A stretch of 64,000 nt of DNA from Cellvibrio sp. UBA7661 (GCF_002483365.1 NZ_DLHT01000018.1:8560-72559); one strand, 5' to 3'; shown: positions 1 through 10,064, numbered from the stretch's first letter. Notes: generated by a model from the sequence alone, not told the origin. Numbers and translations: made by a program.

Positions 1-277
1 GCTCGGAAAGTGCGTGAGTATCTATCCCCACATAGAGTGGCCCGGTAATACCGGCTTGTGTGCGGTAATCGCAGATGGCCTGACTGATCGCCAATACATG
101 GTTTTCGTTAAAGCTGGTATTGAACGATGAACCGCGATGCCCTGATGTGCCGAAGCTTACGCGTTGTTCAGGAATGCCTACATCCGGTTTGTTGGTGTAA
201 TAGGCATCAATTAATTGGGGCAGGTCTACCAGCAATTCCGCGGGTAAAAGTTGTCCAGCCAGTGGGCTTGTGGGCAT
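1..277 (-). CDS. pgm: phosphoglucomutase, N-terminal fragment (gene runs off the left edge)
   Basis: Own translation of the minus strand from the ATG at 277-275: [52 protein letters not shown]...[14 protein letters not shown]. It contains the phosphohexomutase active-site loop GTSGHRG and is collinear with the enterobacterial Pgm N-terminus. It is absent from the ORF track because there is no stop codon inside the window. Confidence 0.8.
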   Translation of the reverse strand, partial: MPTSPLAGQLLPAELLVDLPQLIDAYYTNKPDVGIPEQRVSFGTSGHRGSSFNTSFNENHVLAISQAICDYRTQAGITGPLYVGIDTHALSE

Positions 278-431
278 AAAAACTCCTGTTCGACTCGATT
301 CTGCAGATGAATAACAAAGCGCTATAGTAACTCGCTTTGATTTCATTTCTCTATTTCATTTATCAGTTCATTTATCTGCAAATACAACAGGCGTGCGCGC
401 TGTCAACAAGCGGCAAAGAAAGATGCAATCT

Positions 432-965
432 CTACGCGACTAATTTTTTACTGTCATCGAGTATTAAATTCCGATAGGTCTGGACAAAATCATCAGCATG
501 GCGAGGGCAGCCTGTGCCGTTATCAAAATATGCTGCCCAGAGTGAAGCAAGGCCGGCGAATTCGAGTGGTTTTTGAGTATCGATACCTGCGCGGCGGTAA
601 ATCATCCACGCCATGCCGGTTGAGTAACTGAGGTTGGTGATGAGTTCATTATGAGGATTTTTCAAAAACTGTTGCTGGCTGGCCATGCCGCGCTGGAGCG
701 AGGCAAGCTCGGGAAATTGCACGAGATATTGGTCCCATAACTCCAGATGTTTTTCTGCTGTGATCCGGTAGATTCCCAAGCCGTTTGTTTTTTGACAGAA
801 ACAATGTTGTCCCAATAACGACTCCTGTGCAGCAGTGCCAAGTAGCAGGCTTTCAGCGGTATCAGAATCGTCATTTAGCAGCTGCAAGCAGGGTTTAATA
901 ACCAGCTCTCGCAGTTCTTGTACAGCAATACCCATAACAACCTCAATACGCCCCATTTTTGTCAC
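432..965 (-). CDS. hypothetical protein, possibly lysozyme-like/SLT fold
   Basis: 177-aa ORF with no competing frame. AAQES...GLGIYRI...AAYF resembles the E-S / GLMQ / Y signature of soluble lytic transglycosylase-like domains. The resemblance is weak and no signal peptide is visible. Confidence 0.35.
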   Translation of the reverse strand: MTKMGRIEVVMGIAVQELRELVIKPCLQLLNDDSDTAESLLLGTAAQESLLGQHCFCQKTNGLGIYRITAEKHLELWDQYLVQFPELASLQRGMASQQQFLKNPHNELITNLSYSTGMAWMIYRRAGIDTQKPLEFAGLASLWAAYFDNGTGCPRHADDFVQTYRNLILDDSKKLVA

Positions 966-1215
966 AGCAGTGTCCTAAATTGTCAGCATTTATTACCAAC
1001 AGACCGGATTTACTCTCTGTAGTACCGTTTTTGCGAAGCGTGTGATGTCAAAAAGACGGTACAGGATATATCCAGCATAAGTCGCGCCAGTTTCATCTTT
1101 TGCTCACTGTGCAGTGTTTGTATTTGCATTTTGCATAAAAAATTTCCCTTTAAAGCACGGCTATACTCGACATGAATGGCAATAAAACAGGGCAATTAAA
1201 GAGGTAGGGGTTGTT

Positions 1216-2349
1216 ATGCGTATTGGAATCCCAAAAGAAATAAAAACAGGTGAAAACCGTGTGGCGTTAACACCGGCCGGTGCTGCGCAATTGATCAGGG
1301 CAGGCCACAGTGTGTATGTGATGGAAACCGCTGGCAATGCCTCGGGGTTCAGCGACGCAGCATACCAACAAGCGGGAGCGGTGTTGGTGGATTCGTTGGA
1401 GGCGGTTTATGCCAGTGCAGAGTTGATTGTCAAAGTCAAAGAGCCGCAAACCGAAGAGTTTGCGCTGTTGAATGATCGCCACATTTTATTTACGTATCTG
1501 CATCTTGCTGCCAGCCGTCCATTGACCGAAGCGTTGTTGTCCTCTGGCGCGAGTTGTATCGCATACGAAACGCTTGCAGATGCCCAAGGGCGATTGCCGT
1601 TGTTGGCACCTATGTCAGAAATTGCTGGGCGTATGGCGGTGCAGGCAGGTGCGCACCATCTGGAAATGGCGCAGGGCGGAAAAGGGGTGCTATTGGGTGG
1701 AATTCCCAGCGTTGCACCGGCCAATGTATTGATTCTGGGTGGCGGTGTAGTCGGTGCCAATGCCGCTGCCATGGCGGTTGGTTTGGGGGCACAGGTGCGT
1801 GTTATGGATGCCTCTATCGCGCGCCTGCGTTATCTGGATGATCTTTGGCGTGGCCGTGTGATCTGCGAGTACGCAGTACAGGAGCGAATAGAAGCTCATG
1901 CGCAGGATGCGGATCTGGTTATCGGTAGCGTATTAAATACCGGTGCCAGTGCGCCCAAGCTACTTGGTCGCGAATCGATCAGGAAAATGGCTAAGGGGTC
2001 TGTTCTGGTGGATGTGGCCATCGACCAAGGCGGGTGTTTTGAGACTTCGCGCCCGACTACCCATCAACACCCGACTTATATTGAAGAGGGAATAATCCAC
2101 TACTGTGTTGCCAATATCCCCAGCGCGGTTGGGCGCACGGCAACACTGGGTTTGACCAATGCAACGCTTAGCTATATTTTGCGCCTCGCCGAATCAGGCT
2201 TGGCGGCGTTGGCAAGTGATGTCGGGTTTCGTGCAGGGTTGAATATCCATCGCGGCCAATTGACACAAGCGGCTGTCGCGCGTGCATTTTCCCTGCCTTT
2301 TGTAGACGCAAACCAGCTGTTAGATAAGGGCAAACTGTTTACTGGATAA
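1216..2349 (+). CDS. ald: alanine dehydrogenase
   Basis: 377 aa. The N-terminus MRIGIPKEIKTGENRVALTPAG, the Rossmann motif ILGGGVVGANAA and the overall length are typical of Ald. An AGAGG SD lies upstream. Confidence 0.9.
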   Translation: MRIGIPKEIKTGENRVALTPAGAAQLIRAGHSVYVMETAGNASGFSDAAYQQAGAVLVDSLEAVYASAELIVKVKEPQTEEFALLNDRHILFTYLHLAASRPLTEALLSSGASCIAYETLADAQGRLPLLAPMSEIAGRMAVQAGAHHLEMAQGGKGVLLGGIPSVAPANVLILGGGVVGANAAAMAVGLGAQVRVMDASIARLRYLDDLWRGRVICEYAVQERIEAHAQDADLVIGSVLNTGASAPKLLGRESIRKMAKGSVLVDVAIDQGGCFETSRPTTHQHPTYIEEGIIHYCVANIPSAVGRTATLGLTNATLSYILRLAESGLAALASDVGFRAGLNIHRGQLTQAAVARAFSLPFVDANQLLDKGKLFTG

Positions 2350-2500
2350 AGAATAATCGCCTCCGCGTAAATAAAGGGATAGATTCGGCACAAGAATATT
2401 CTTGATCTATACTCAGGCCTAAGTAAGCCGAGAATGCCTGTATGGGGCATATCCGCCCCACATTCATATAACGAGATTTAGTCCCGGAAACCCTAGGTTA

Positions 2501-4942
2501 ATGAGAGATAAAGCGCCTTCCTTTTTTAACGGCATCTCTTTCCAGCTTGCCAAAATCGGCATCATTCTGGCTTTTGTCCTGAGCTTTATATTGAGTTCAG
2601 TACAGTTGTATCTTGATTTTCTGAATCAGGAAAAAGAACTCAAAACCCTTATCGACCGCGTTGTCCAAGTTGCTACTCCACCTGCTGTCCGTTCGGTGTC
2701 CACCTTGGATGATGAGCTGGCTTATGAAGTTGTAAACGGGTTGTTGCGCTACGGCTTTATTTATGAAGTCGTTATTTATGATGATACCGGCAACGTATTG
2801 GCACAGGGCAGTAGCACCCGCCCGGAAGTCAACACGCGGTGGTTGACTAATAAAATTACGGACAATATGCGCGAATACACCACCAATTTATTATTGCCAG
2901 GTTACAGCGACGGTACGTCCGGTAGTATCCGTTTTTCAGTGGATATGGATTTGGCATTAGAAGGATTTTACAACCGTTCAAAAACGGCATTGATGACGGG
3001 ATTACTGCGCAATATGTTTTTGGTGTTGCTGCTTTTTGTGGTGTTCTATTACACGCTGACCAAACCATTGGTGCGTTTGTCCCGTGAAATTAATAACATC
3101 AATCCCGATCATCCGGGCGTTAATCGCCTCACGCATTTGCCGCCCCATCGCAAAGATGAATTGGCGCAGCTCATCGCCAGCTCCAATCAATTGTTGGATA
3201 TTGTTGAACTGTCACTGGCCAAGCGTCGTGCAGTGGAATTGGCGCTGCGCAAAAGTGAAGAGCATTTACGCCAAATTATTGATCACCTGCCGGTCATGAT
3301 CGGTGCGCGCAATATCGCTGGTTATTATTTGTTTGCCAACAAAGCACTGGCTAACGAGTTGGGTTATACACCTGACCAAATGCGCAATTTGCATGTGCGT
3401 CAATTGCTTAAAAATTCAGTGTTTGATATCGACACTATGCTCGCTAATGATTATCGCGTTATTCGCGGTAACGAAGAGCTTGATGTCATTGAAGAGCGAT
3501 TTGTTAGTGCTACAGGTAAACAATTATTTTTGCAAACGCACATTATGCCGCTGGCTTTTTATGATGAAAAAGTGGCTCTGATTGTATCGGTTGATATTAC
3601 CGAACGTAAAAACGCGCAGGCAAAAATGGAATTCATGGCGCATCACGATGCGCTTACCGGTTTGCCGAATCGCCTGCAATTAGTGGAGCGATTGGAGCAC
3701 GAATTGCGCCGCGCAGAGCGCCATGGTTATTTCGGGGCAGTCTTGTTTATTGACCTTGACCAATTCAAAACCATCAACGATTCCCTGGGGCATCCCGTTG
3801 GCGATAAAGTATTAGAAGTAGTTTCCGAGCGCTTGCAGCAGTCTGTGCGAGAAGAGGATTTGGTGGCACGTTTAAGTGGCGATGAATTCGTTGTGGTGCT
3901 GACAGTACTCGACCAAAATATTGAAACAGCTGCTTTGCGCGCTGGCGAGATCAGTGAAAAAATCCGCACAATTATTTCCCAGCCTTACATATACGACAAC
4001 ATGGAGCTGCGCGTAACGTGTAGCGTGGGTGTTGTTGTGTATCCCGATAAAAATAATTCCGTGCATGAATTATTGCGCTATGCCGATACAGCGATGTATC
4101 AGGTTAAAGAAAAAGGTCGTGATTCGATTGAGTTTTTCAATGAAGAAATGGCCGATAAAGTCAGCCGTCAATTGACGATGGAAGGCGATCTGCACCGTGC
4201 GTTGGAAGAGTCGCAATTCGAATTATATTATCAACCCAAAATTCATATCCAAACCGGGCGAGTGGATGGTGCAGAAGCTTTATTGCGTTGGAACCATCCC
4301 ACTAAAGGCATGATATCGCCCGTCGATTTTATTCCCGTGTTGGAAACCTCGGGCATGATTATCGATGTGGGCCAATGGGTGCTGGAGACGGCGTGCAAAA
4401 CTTTGGTGAGATGGCAGCAAGCCGATTTGTGGCGGCCCGGAATGCGCATGAGCATCAACATCAGCCCTCGCCAGTTCCGACGCGCCGCGTTTGCGGATGA
4501 TGTGCTCGCAACCTTAGCAAAATATCCTATTCCTGCCGATTCCCTGGACATGGAAATTACTGAAGGTATTGTTATTCAACGCGTTGATGATGCCATTCAA
4601 ACCATGACAACATTGAGTGAAAAAGGTATTAGTTTTTCACTGGATGATTTTGGTACTGGCTATTCCTCTATCAGCTATCTCAAGCGTTTGCCTGTGACTA
4701 CATTAAAAATCGATAAAGGATTTGTGCGCGATATTATCGACGACCGCAATGACCGCGTGTTAGTGGAAACTATTATTACCATGGGGCGCTTGTTGGATAT
4801 GGAGCTGGTTGCTGAAGGTGTTGAAGAAGCAGAGCAGCTGGCGATTTTGAAATCCTATGGTTGTGATTATTATCAAGGTTACCTGTCTAGCCAAGCCGTT
4901 CCTTTGGAATCGTTTGAGGAAATTCTAACGTGCGACAAATAA
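2501..4942 (+). CDS. membrane sensor with PAS, GGDEF and EAL domains (c-di-GMP turnover)
   Basis: 813 aa. Two TM segments flank a periplasmic region. These are followed by a PAS-like region, a GGDEF domain with variant motif SGDEF (RLSGDEFVVVL), and an EAL domain (GAEALLRW, DDFGTGYSS, KIDKGF). Confidence 0.85.
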   Translation: MRDKAPSFFNGISFQLAKIGIILAFVLSFILSSVQLYLDFLNQEKELKTLIDRVVQVATPPAVRSVSTLDDELAYEVVNGLLRYGFIYEVVIYDDTGNVLAQGSSTRPEVNTRWLTNKITDNMREYTTNLLLPGYSDGTSGSIRFSVDMDLALEGFYNRSKTALMTGLLRNMFLVLLLFVVFYYTLTKPLVRLSREINNINPDHPGVNRLTHLPPHRKDELAQLIASSNQLLDIVELSLAKRRAVELALRKSEEHLRQIIDHLPVMIGARNIAGYYLFANKALANELGYTPDQMRNLHVRQLLKNSVFDIDTMLANDYRVIRGNEELDVIEERFVSATGKQLFLQTHIMPLAFYDEKVALIVSVDITERKNAQAKMEFMAHHDALTGLPNRLQLVERLEHELRRAERHGYFGAVLFIDLDQFKTINDSLGHPVGDKVLEVVSERLQQSVREEDLVARLSGDEFVVVLTVLDQNIETAALRAGEISEKIRTIISQPYIYDNMELRVTCSVGVVVYPDKNNSVHELLRYADTAMYQVKEKGRDSIEFFNEEMADKVSRQLTMEGDLHRALEESQFELYYQPKIHIQTGRVDGAEALLRWNHPTKGMISPVDFIPVLETSGMIIDVGQWVLETACKTLVRWQQADLWRPGMRMSINISPRQFRRAAFADDVLATLAKYPIPADSLDMEITEGIVIQRVDDAIQTMTTLSEKGISFSLDDFGTGYSSISYLKRLPVTTLKIDKGFVRDIIDDRNDRVLVETIITMGRLLDMELVAEGVEEAEQLAILKSYGCDYYQGYLSSQAVPLESFEEILTCDK

Positions 4943-5653
4943 TTAAAATAAGTGGCCGAGCAAATAGGGGATGGCGGTTTCTACTCGCATGATCCGTTGG
5001 CCCAGGTGAACTGCCTCAAAACCAATTTTATTTAGCAATTCAATTTCATAGGCAATAAATCCCCCTTCAGGTCCTACAGCAAGGCTCAGTGAATAATCAA
5101 TAGCGCGCGGGCATTCCGTATGGGTATAGGGGTGCGCAACCAACGCAGTCCTGCCTGCAATAATGTTCGGCAACTCATCTTCCACAAACGGTTTAAAGCG
5201 CTTGTGCAAATGCACCTTGGGCAATTGCGTATCGCATCCTTGTTCCAAACCTAAAATCAATTGCTCGTGAATTGCTTCTGGTTCCAGGAAGGGCGTTTGC
5301 CAATAACTTTTTTCTACGCGATACGAGTTAATCAAGTGAAGCTCTTTCACGCCTAGCGTCGATATGGTTTGGAATATACGGCGTAACATTTTTGGGCGTG
5401 GTAATCCCAATATTAATGTTAGGGGCAGTGGCGGTGGCGGTGCTTCCGTTATCTCTAACTCCAGCACTACTTCTGTCGCAGAGATACTGAGCAGTGTTCC
5501 TTTACCGATGAGTCCATTTAGCATTCCGACTTTATATGTCTCACCGGTTGCGGCACCGTGTATTTCACGGATATGGGAAAGCCGCCGTGCATCGCGAATG
5601 ACTGCTTGGGTGGGTGACAGCAAATCTTCCTGTGTGAGTAGGATCAGGTTCAT
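4943..5653 (-). CDS. rsmE: 16S rRNA (uracil1498-N3)-methyltransferase RsmE
   Basis: C-terminal SPOUT motif LAVGPEGGF...E and a PUA-like N-terminus. The ORF extends to 5692, but the ATG at 5653 (MNLILLTQEDL) gives the usual length of about 236 aa. Confidence 0.75.
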   Translation of the reverse strand: MNLILLTQEDLLSPTQAVIRDARRLSHIREIHGAATGETYKVGMLNGLIGKGTLLSISATEVVLELEITEAPPPPLPLTLILGLPRPKMLRRIFQTISTLGVKELHLINSYRVEKSYWQTPFLEPEAIHEQLILGLEQGCDTQLPKVHLHKRFKPFVEDELPNIIAGRTALVAHPYTHTECPRAIDYSLSLAVGPEGGFIAYEIELLNKIGFEAVHLGQRIMRVETAIPYLLGHLF

Positions 5654-5747
5654 ACGCAATAGCAGACGCAAATGACAACAAATATTTGGCAACCTGTGCC
5701 AGGAATATTTACTGTGGTGAGAGTGAAGTGAAAAATCTGGAGTTGAA

Positions 5748-5823
5748 TGGCGTCCCCGGCGGGAATCGAACCCACATCATACGCTTAGGAGGCATACGTT
5801 CTATCCAATTAAACTACAGGGAC
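5748..5823 (-). tRNA. tRNA-Arg (anticodon CCU)
   Basis: The reverse complement folds by hand into a 76-nt cloverleaf. The parts are acceptor GTCCCTG/CGGGGAC, D arm GTTT..GAAC, anticodon stem TATGC/GCGTA with loop CTCCTAA (anticodon CCT), T arm GTGGG-TTCGATT-CCCGC, discriminator G and an encoded CCA. Confidence 0.9.
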
Positions 5824-5873
5824 ACACCGCACATGTTGTGCGGCGCGGATTATATAGGGTTAGGCGAAAAACA

Positions 5874-6350
5874 TTAAGCCTTGGCGACTGTGTAGGATGA
5901 TGAGAATTGGGTTTTTGCGCCTTGCGCATTATAAAGTGATGGTGCGGTGCCTTTACCGCGCAAAAGCCCCAGCAAATGATTGACAGTTTGTTGGGTGCGC
6001 CCAACCAGCTTGCCATTAATGTCATTCATTTTTTGGCAATCTTCAAATTCACTGACGACCAGTTTCCAGTCATCGCGTAAGGGCAGTGTGGCGGCATTGC
6101 GCTGCAGAAATAGATCCCAACCATGGGCATTGGTCGGTAATCCAAGCGTATTCAATATTTGTTGGCGTTGCTTGGAATTGGTGTTCAGCTGATCAACGAG
6201 CACAATTTTTTGATCGACGATTTGTTGGAGCTCGTTCAATTTGCGTTGTTCCAGCAAGCTTCGTTCATCTACAAGCAATTGTTTGAGTTGTGAAACAGCA
6301 GCGGCATCCTGCGCGATCATCTGGCGCAGTGAATTGATATCGAGAGACAT
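5874..6350 (-). CDS. flgN: flagellar export chaperone FlgN
   Basis: About 158 aa from MSLDINSLRQMIAQDAAAV. It is helical and Q/L-rich in the FlgN manner and lies immediately downstream of flgM. The longer ORF start at 6407 is unlikely. Confidence 0.75.
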   Translation of the reverse strand: MSLDINSLRQMIAQDAAAVSQLKQLLVDERSLLEQRKLNELQQIVDQKIVLVDQLNTNSKQRQQILNTLGLPTNAHGWDLFLQRNAATLPLRDDWKLVVSEFEDCQKMNDINGKLVGRTQQTVNHLLGLLRGKGTAPSLYNAQGAKTQFSSSYTVAKA

Positions 6351-6481
6351 AGCAACCTCTTCATTTTGTGATGGTGCAAATTTGCGGGTGCAAATTAAAT
6401 GACGCAAAACAGGCGAGGGCAGTTAAGAAAAGCGTAGGGGATCCGCTTTCTTTAAGTGCCTTTGCCGATACTCCAGGCGTG

Positions 6482-6796
6482 TTAGCCCAGCAGATCCTCT
6501 TGGTTGAGCATATTTTCTGCAATACGCTCAGGATTAATTTCAAAACGGCCTTCAGCAATGGCGCGTCTGATGTCGGCAACCTTATCCATATCAACGTCAG
6601 GTGAGCTGTTGATCCTGGCTTGCAGGCGGCCTAAATTCTGCGCCTCCTGGCTCAGTACGACCTGGTCGCTCGCGTTGGGCGAAGCAGGTGTTGGGCTGGG
6701 AGCTTGGGTTTTGGTTTCTGGCGCAGGAGCCGCAGGCTTGCTGCGAGCACCTTTGGTGCCGACAGAATCCAGATTGTTGTTGGTATTGAAGTTCAT
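6482..6796 (-). CDS. flgM: anti-sigma-28 factor FlgM
   Basis: 104 aa with a disordered S/P/A-rich N-terminal half. The conserved C-terminus is DMDKVADIRRAIAEGRFEINPERIAENML. Confidence 0.9.
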   Translation of the reverse strand: MNFNTNNNLDSVGTKGARSKPAAPAPETKTQAPSPTPASPNASDQVVLSQEAQNLGRLQARINSSPDVDMDKVADIRRAIAEGRFEINPERIAENMLNQEDLLG

Positions 6797-6912
6797 TTTG
6801 TTTCCCCTATTGCTATCAACTAGTTCAAAAACAAGTAGTGGTAGCGATTAACATCAATAATGTCGCGGTTGCTATACGTGACAGGCGAGAGTTTTTAGAC
6901 TCTCTGGTCTGG

Positions 6913-6939
6913 TTATCGACCAAACCCTGCCTAACTTTA
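6913..6939 (-). promoter_or_regulatory. sigma-28 (FliA) promoter of flgM-flgN
   Basis: The minus strand reads TAAAGTTA-N11-GTCGATAA against the consensus TAAAGTTT-N11-GCCGATAA. It lies about 117 nt upstream of the flgM ATG. Confidence 0.7.
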
Positions 6940-6973
6940 GCAATTATTCGCAATAATTTAATAAAACATTCAC

Positions 6974-7750
6974 CTACAGCGTCCGCACGATCCCTTGACC
7001 GACGACAATGCCACTGATAATCCGCTCGGATGAGTTATTCCGCACCCTGATCTTTTGCCCCACACGGCCATCTGCCATGGCGGTACCAGCGCTACTGACT
7101 TTGATACTGCCCGCGAATGATTCCAGACTCACCAGCTCACCGCGCTTAACAACCGTTGGGGCATCCAGAAGTGCTGTTTTGAACGGTTCTCCCTGACTGA
7201 TATTGCGCTTGGCTTCTTTGCCGATGATGTCTTCGGTTGTTACCAGAAATGCCTGCCTGATACTGCTGATATTAACGAGATGAGTACCTATGTGGCCTTG
7301 GTTAATCAATTCGCCGCGGGCGATGTTGCCTTGTGCCACAGGAATCTCACGGTAAATGTTCGCTTGTGCCGGTATATGAACAGACCATTTTTTGCCGCTT
7401 TCACATTCCGCCTTGACGCTGATGTTGCCGCCATTGCCGGTGCTGTCTTGAAGGGTAAAGACAGGAGCCGACTCACATCGGCTAAGGCGCAAACGTTTAT
7501 CCAGATTACTTACACTGATGTCGATACGTTCATGAGGTGTGGTTGAGTAGGTTTTCGCAAGGAATTGGATAACGTCTTGTTTCAGTTGATGTTGCGGATA
7601 AACAGGTGCTGCAGCGAGATTAAGGGAATAGAAAGAGAAAATAGCCCATGCGGCAGCTGTACCGCGGCTCTGGCGCAGAATATTTCGTAATAAAGTTCGA
7701 TAAAAACTTCTGTAAAAACTAGGAAGTTCCATATTTTGTCCTATCCTCAA
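6974..7750 (-). CDS. flgA: flagellar basal-body P-ring assembly chaperone FlgA
   Basis: 258-aa ORF with a signal-like N-terminus and a C-terminal SAF/FlgA domain (VVKRGELVSL...GRVGQKIRVRN). It sits upstream of flgM. The true start may be the internal Met at 7732. Confidence 0.85.
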   Translation of the reverse strand: MRIGQNMELPSFYRSFYRTLLRNILRQSRGTAAAWAIFSFYSLNLAAAPVYPQHQLKQDVIQFLAKTYSTTPHERIDISVSNLDKRLRLSRCESAPVFTLQDSTGNGGNISVKAECESGKKWSVHIPAQANIYREIPVAQGNIARGELINQGHIGTHLVNISSIRQAFLVTTEDIIGKEAKRNISQGEPFKTALLDAPTVVKRGELVSLESFAGSIKVSSAGTAMADGRVGQKIRVRNNSSERIISGIVVGQGIVRTL

Positions 7751-7789
7751 GGGTAAGAACCGGGTGCCAGATTGAAAACAAAGAGTGAC

Positions 7790-7816
7790 TAAAGTCTGAC
7801 ACTTTTTTGCCGCTAA
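7790..7816 (+). promoter_or_regulatory. sigma-28 (FliA) promoter of cheV-cheR
   Basis: TAAAGTCT-N11-GCCGCTAA, about 97 nt upstream of the cheV start. Confidence 0.7.
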
Positions 7817-7912
7817 GCTGCTTTACAGGTATCAGAGCAAATACTGTGCCGTAAATTTGTTGTCGTTCGGCTCATCGGGAACCGCAATACTGAGAATAAA
7901 AGAGGTAATTGC

Positions 7913-8869
7913 ATGGCTGGGGTAATGGATAGCGTCAATCAGCGCACGCAGCTGGTTGGGCAAAACCGTCTTGAATTGTTGTTGTTCCGGTTAGGTGGGC
8001 AGCAGTTATACGGTATTAACGTATTTAAAGTGAAAGAGGTATTGCAGTGCCCGCAGCTTAATGCGATCCCGGGTCGCAGTTCGGTTGTACGTGGTGTTGC
8101 ACACATCCGTGGCGGTACTTTACCGATCATGGATATGAACCTTGCGATTGGCCGACGCGAACTGCCGGATATTGAGAGCTGTTTTGTGATCATCACCGAA
8201 TACAACCGCACCGCCCAAGGGTTTCTGGTGCGTTCGGTAGAGCGTATCGTCAATATGAACTGGGGCGATATTCACCCGCCACCCAAGGGCGCTGGTAAAG
8301 AGCACTACTTGACGGCTGTTACCCAGGTGGACGGTCAGTTAGTAGAAATTATTGACGTTGAGAAAATCCTTGCCGAAGTTGCTCCACCGCGTGAAGAGGT
8401 CAGCGCTGGGGTAATTGAAGATGGTATTGCAGACCGGGTTGTGCAGAAGCATGTCTTGATCATCGATGACTCCACTATCGCACGCAAACAAATTCAGCGT
8501 GTAGTAGAGAGCATGGGTATTAAAACAACACTTAAAAAGGATGGCTCCGAAGGCTTTAAGTATCTGCAAGATCTGTTGAATGAAGGCAAAGATCCCTATG
8601 CCGAATTGGTCATGATTATTTGTGACATCGAAATGCCGGAAATGGACGGTTATACCTTTACTGCAGAGGTGAGAAATCACCCTAAATTAAAGAATCTGCA
8701 CATTATTCTGCATACATCACTCAGCGGTGTATTTAATGAGGCAATGGTGCGCAAAGTGGGGGCTGATGATTTTCTGGCAAAATTCCATCCAGATGAATTG
8801 GCCAAGCGTGTCAATGATCGCGTGCTGGCAATTACCGGTGAAAGCTTGTTACCGCCGGAAGAGGCGTGA
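7913..8869 (+). CDS. cheV: chemotaxis coupling protein CheV (CheW domain + receiver)
   Basis: 318 aa. The N-terminal CheW-like domain (LELLLFRLGGQQLYGINVFKVKEV) is followed by a C-terminal REC domain (VLIIDDS...ICDIEMPEMDG...KF). Confidence 0.9.
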   Translation: MAGVMDSVNQRTQLVGQNRLELLLFRLGGQQLYGINVFKVKEVLQCPQLNAIPGRSSVVRGVAHIRGGTLPIMDMNLAIGRRELPDIESCFVIITEYNRTAQGFLVRSVERIVNMNWGDIHPPPKGAGKEHYLTAVTQVDGQLVEIIDVEKILAEVAPPREEVSAGVIEDGIADRVVQKHVLIIDDSTIARKQIQRVVESMGIKTTLKKDGSEGFKYLQDLLNEGKDPYAELVMIICDIEMPEMDGYTFTAEVRNHPKLKNLHIILHTSLSGVFNEAMVRKVGADDFLAKFHPDELAKRVNDRVLAITGESLLPPEEA

Positions 8870-8923
8870 TTTTGTGTTGCTGCGATCCGGTAGTACGCAG
8901 CAACTGTTTTACATTGGGAATAT

Positions 8924-9802
8924 ATGATTAATAAAGAGTCTTCTCCTTTTGGCAAATCGCTGGGGCGTGACAATCTCGACCAGGCAGAGTTTGACCAATT
9001 TCGCCAGTTCCTTGAGGACGCTTGCGGTATTTCGCTCGGTGATAACAAGCAATATTTGGTAACCAACCGCATTCGCCGCATATTGGAAGAAAATAATATT
9101 GCTTCCTTTGGTGAGTTGGTGCGGGTCTTGAAGCAAGGTTTCAATCGCAAGTTAAAAGATCAGGTGATCGATTCAATGACCACCAATGAAACCTTCTGGT
9201 TTCGCGATAACTATCCTTACGATCATTTAAAAAATACGCTGCTTCCACAATTGATGGCGGGCAATAACCGCATGTTTGGTCCGGTGCGTATTTGGTCTGC
9301 AGCCTGTTCATCTGGTCAGGAGCCTTATTCGATCAGCATGATGGTAGAGGAATACAAGCGTCAGGCAATGGGTAATCTGGCGCGACCAGTGCAGATTGTG
9401 GCAACGGATTTATCCGCAACTGTTCTGGAACAGGCAAGGCGAGGGGAGTACGACAAATTGTCGGTAATGCGCGGTTTATCATCAGACCGCCTGGAGCGCT
9501 ATTTCGACAATCCAAACCCTACAACCTGGCGTGTCAAAAGCGTTGTCAAAGAGCGGATCGATTTCCGTTCATTAAACCTGATGGACTCCTATGCCGGTTT
9601 GGGTAAGTTCGACATCGTATTTTGTCGCAATGTGCTGATCTATTTTAATGGCGATCTCAAACGCCAGATTCTGCAAAAAATCCACGCAGCGTTAAAGCCG
9701 CAAGGGATTTTATTTCTGGGATCATCAGAAGGTTTGGCAGGTGCTGCGGATTTGTTTGAAATGGTGCGCTGCGATCCGGGAATTCTTTATAAAGCGATTT
9801 GA
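8924..9802 (+). CDS. cheR: chemotaxis protein methyltransferase CheR
   Basis: 292 aa. CheR N-terminal helical domain followed by a SAM-binding fold (VRIWSAACSSGQEPYS, IFCRNVLIYF). Confidence 0.9.
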   Translation: MINKESSPFGKSLGRDNLDQAEFDQFRQFLEDACGISLGDNKQYLVTNRIRRILEENNIASFGELVRVLKQGFNRKLKDQVIDSMTTNETFWFRDNYPYDHLKNTLLPQLMAGNNRMFGPVRIWSAACSSGQEPYSISMMVEEYKRQAMGNLARPVQIVATDLSATVLEQARRGEYDKLSVMRGLSSDRLERYFDNPNPTTWRVKSVVKERIDFRSLNLMDSYAGLGKFDIVFCRNVLIYFNGDLKRQILQKIHAALKPQGILFLGSSEGLAGAADLFEMVRCDPGILYKAI

Positions 9803-9828
9803 TTAAATTTTTCTCTCCTCGTTATCCA

Positions 9829-9858
9829 ATGCCCGCTATAGCGGGCATTTTTGTTTTT
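9829..9858 (+). terminator. rho-independent terminator after cheR
   Basis: Hairpin ATGCCCGCTATAGCGGGCAT followed by TTTTGTTTTT. Confidence 0.8.
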
Positions 9859-9979
9859 GCCTCTGCCGTTTAAAAAGCGGAAATCCTTTGCCGCTTGGTG
9901 TTTGCCGCCCTCATGGGAAGGTGGTATCCCATCTTAAAAAATTCATTTAAATCAATTAGATACAATAAATATTGGTCTT

Positions 9980-9994
9980 TGGCACAGGGGTTGC
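9980..9994 (+). promoter_or_regulatory. sigma-54 promoter of flgBCDE
   Basis: TGGCAC-AGGGG-TTGCT is an exact -24/-12 match (TGGCAC-N5-TTGCW). It lies 70 nt upstream of the flgB ATG. Confidence 0.8.
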
Positions 9995-10064
9995 TTTGTA
10001 GTTAGCAAACGCAGGCGTAAACCGTTTTGGTTGCCGTCTGAACTTACTGCAGGGGCAAGCTGAT

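Noticed and set aside
1021-1062. Imperfect inverted repeat GTACCGTTTTTG...CAAAAAGACGGTAC upstream of ald, considered as an operator or terminator.
   Set aside because: It is imperfect (two extra bases in one arm), has no U-tract, and no regulator gene is adjacent. The data cannot distinguish it from a chance AT-rich palindrome.
5693-5873. tRNA-Arg(CCU) directly abutting the flagellar locus, considered as a possible genomic-island integration site.
   Set aside because: No integrase, no direct repeat of the tRNA 3' end and no mobility genes are visible anywhere in the window. The flagellar genes look like a native polar-flagellum locus. A small hairpin (CCGCACA-tgt-TGTGCGG, about 5826-5842) lies between flgN and the tRNA but has no U-tract.
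8677-9150. 157-aa minus-strand ORF spanning the cheV-cheR junction.
   Set aside because: It lies antisense to two well-supported chemotaxis genes and has no recognisable motifs.
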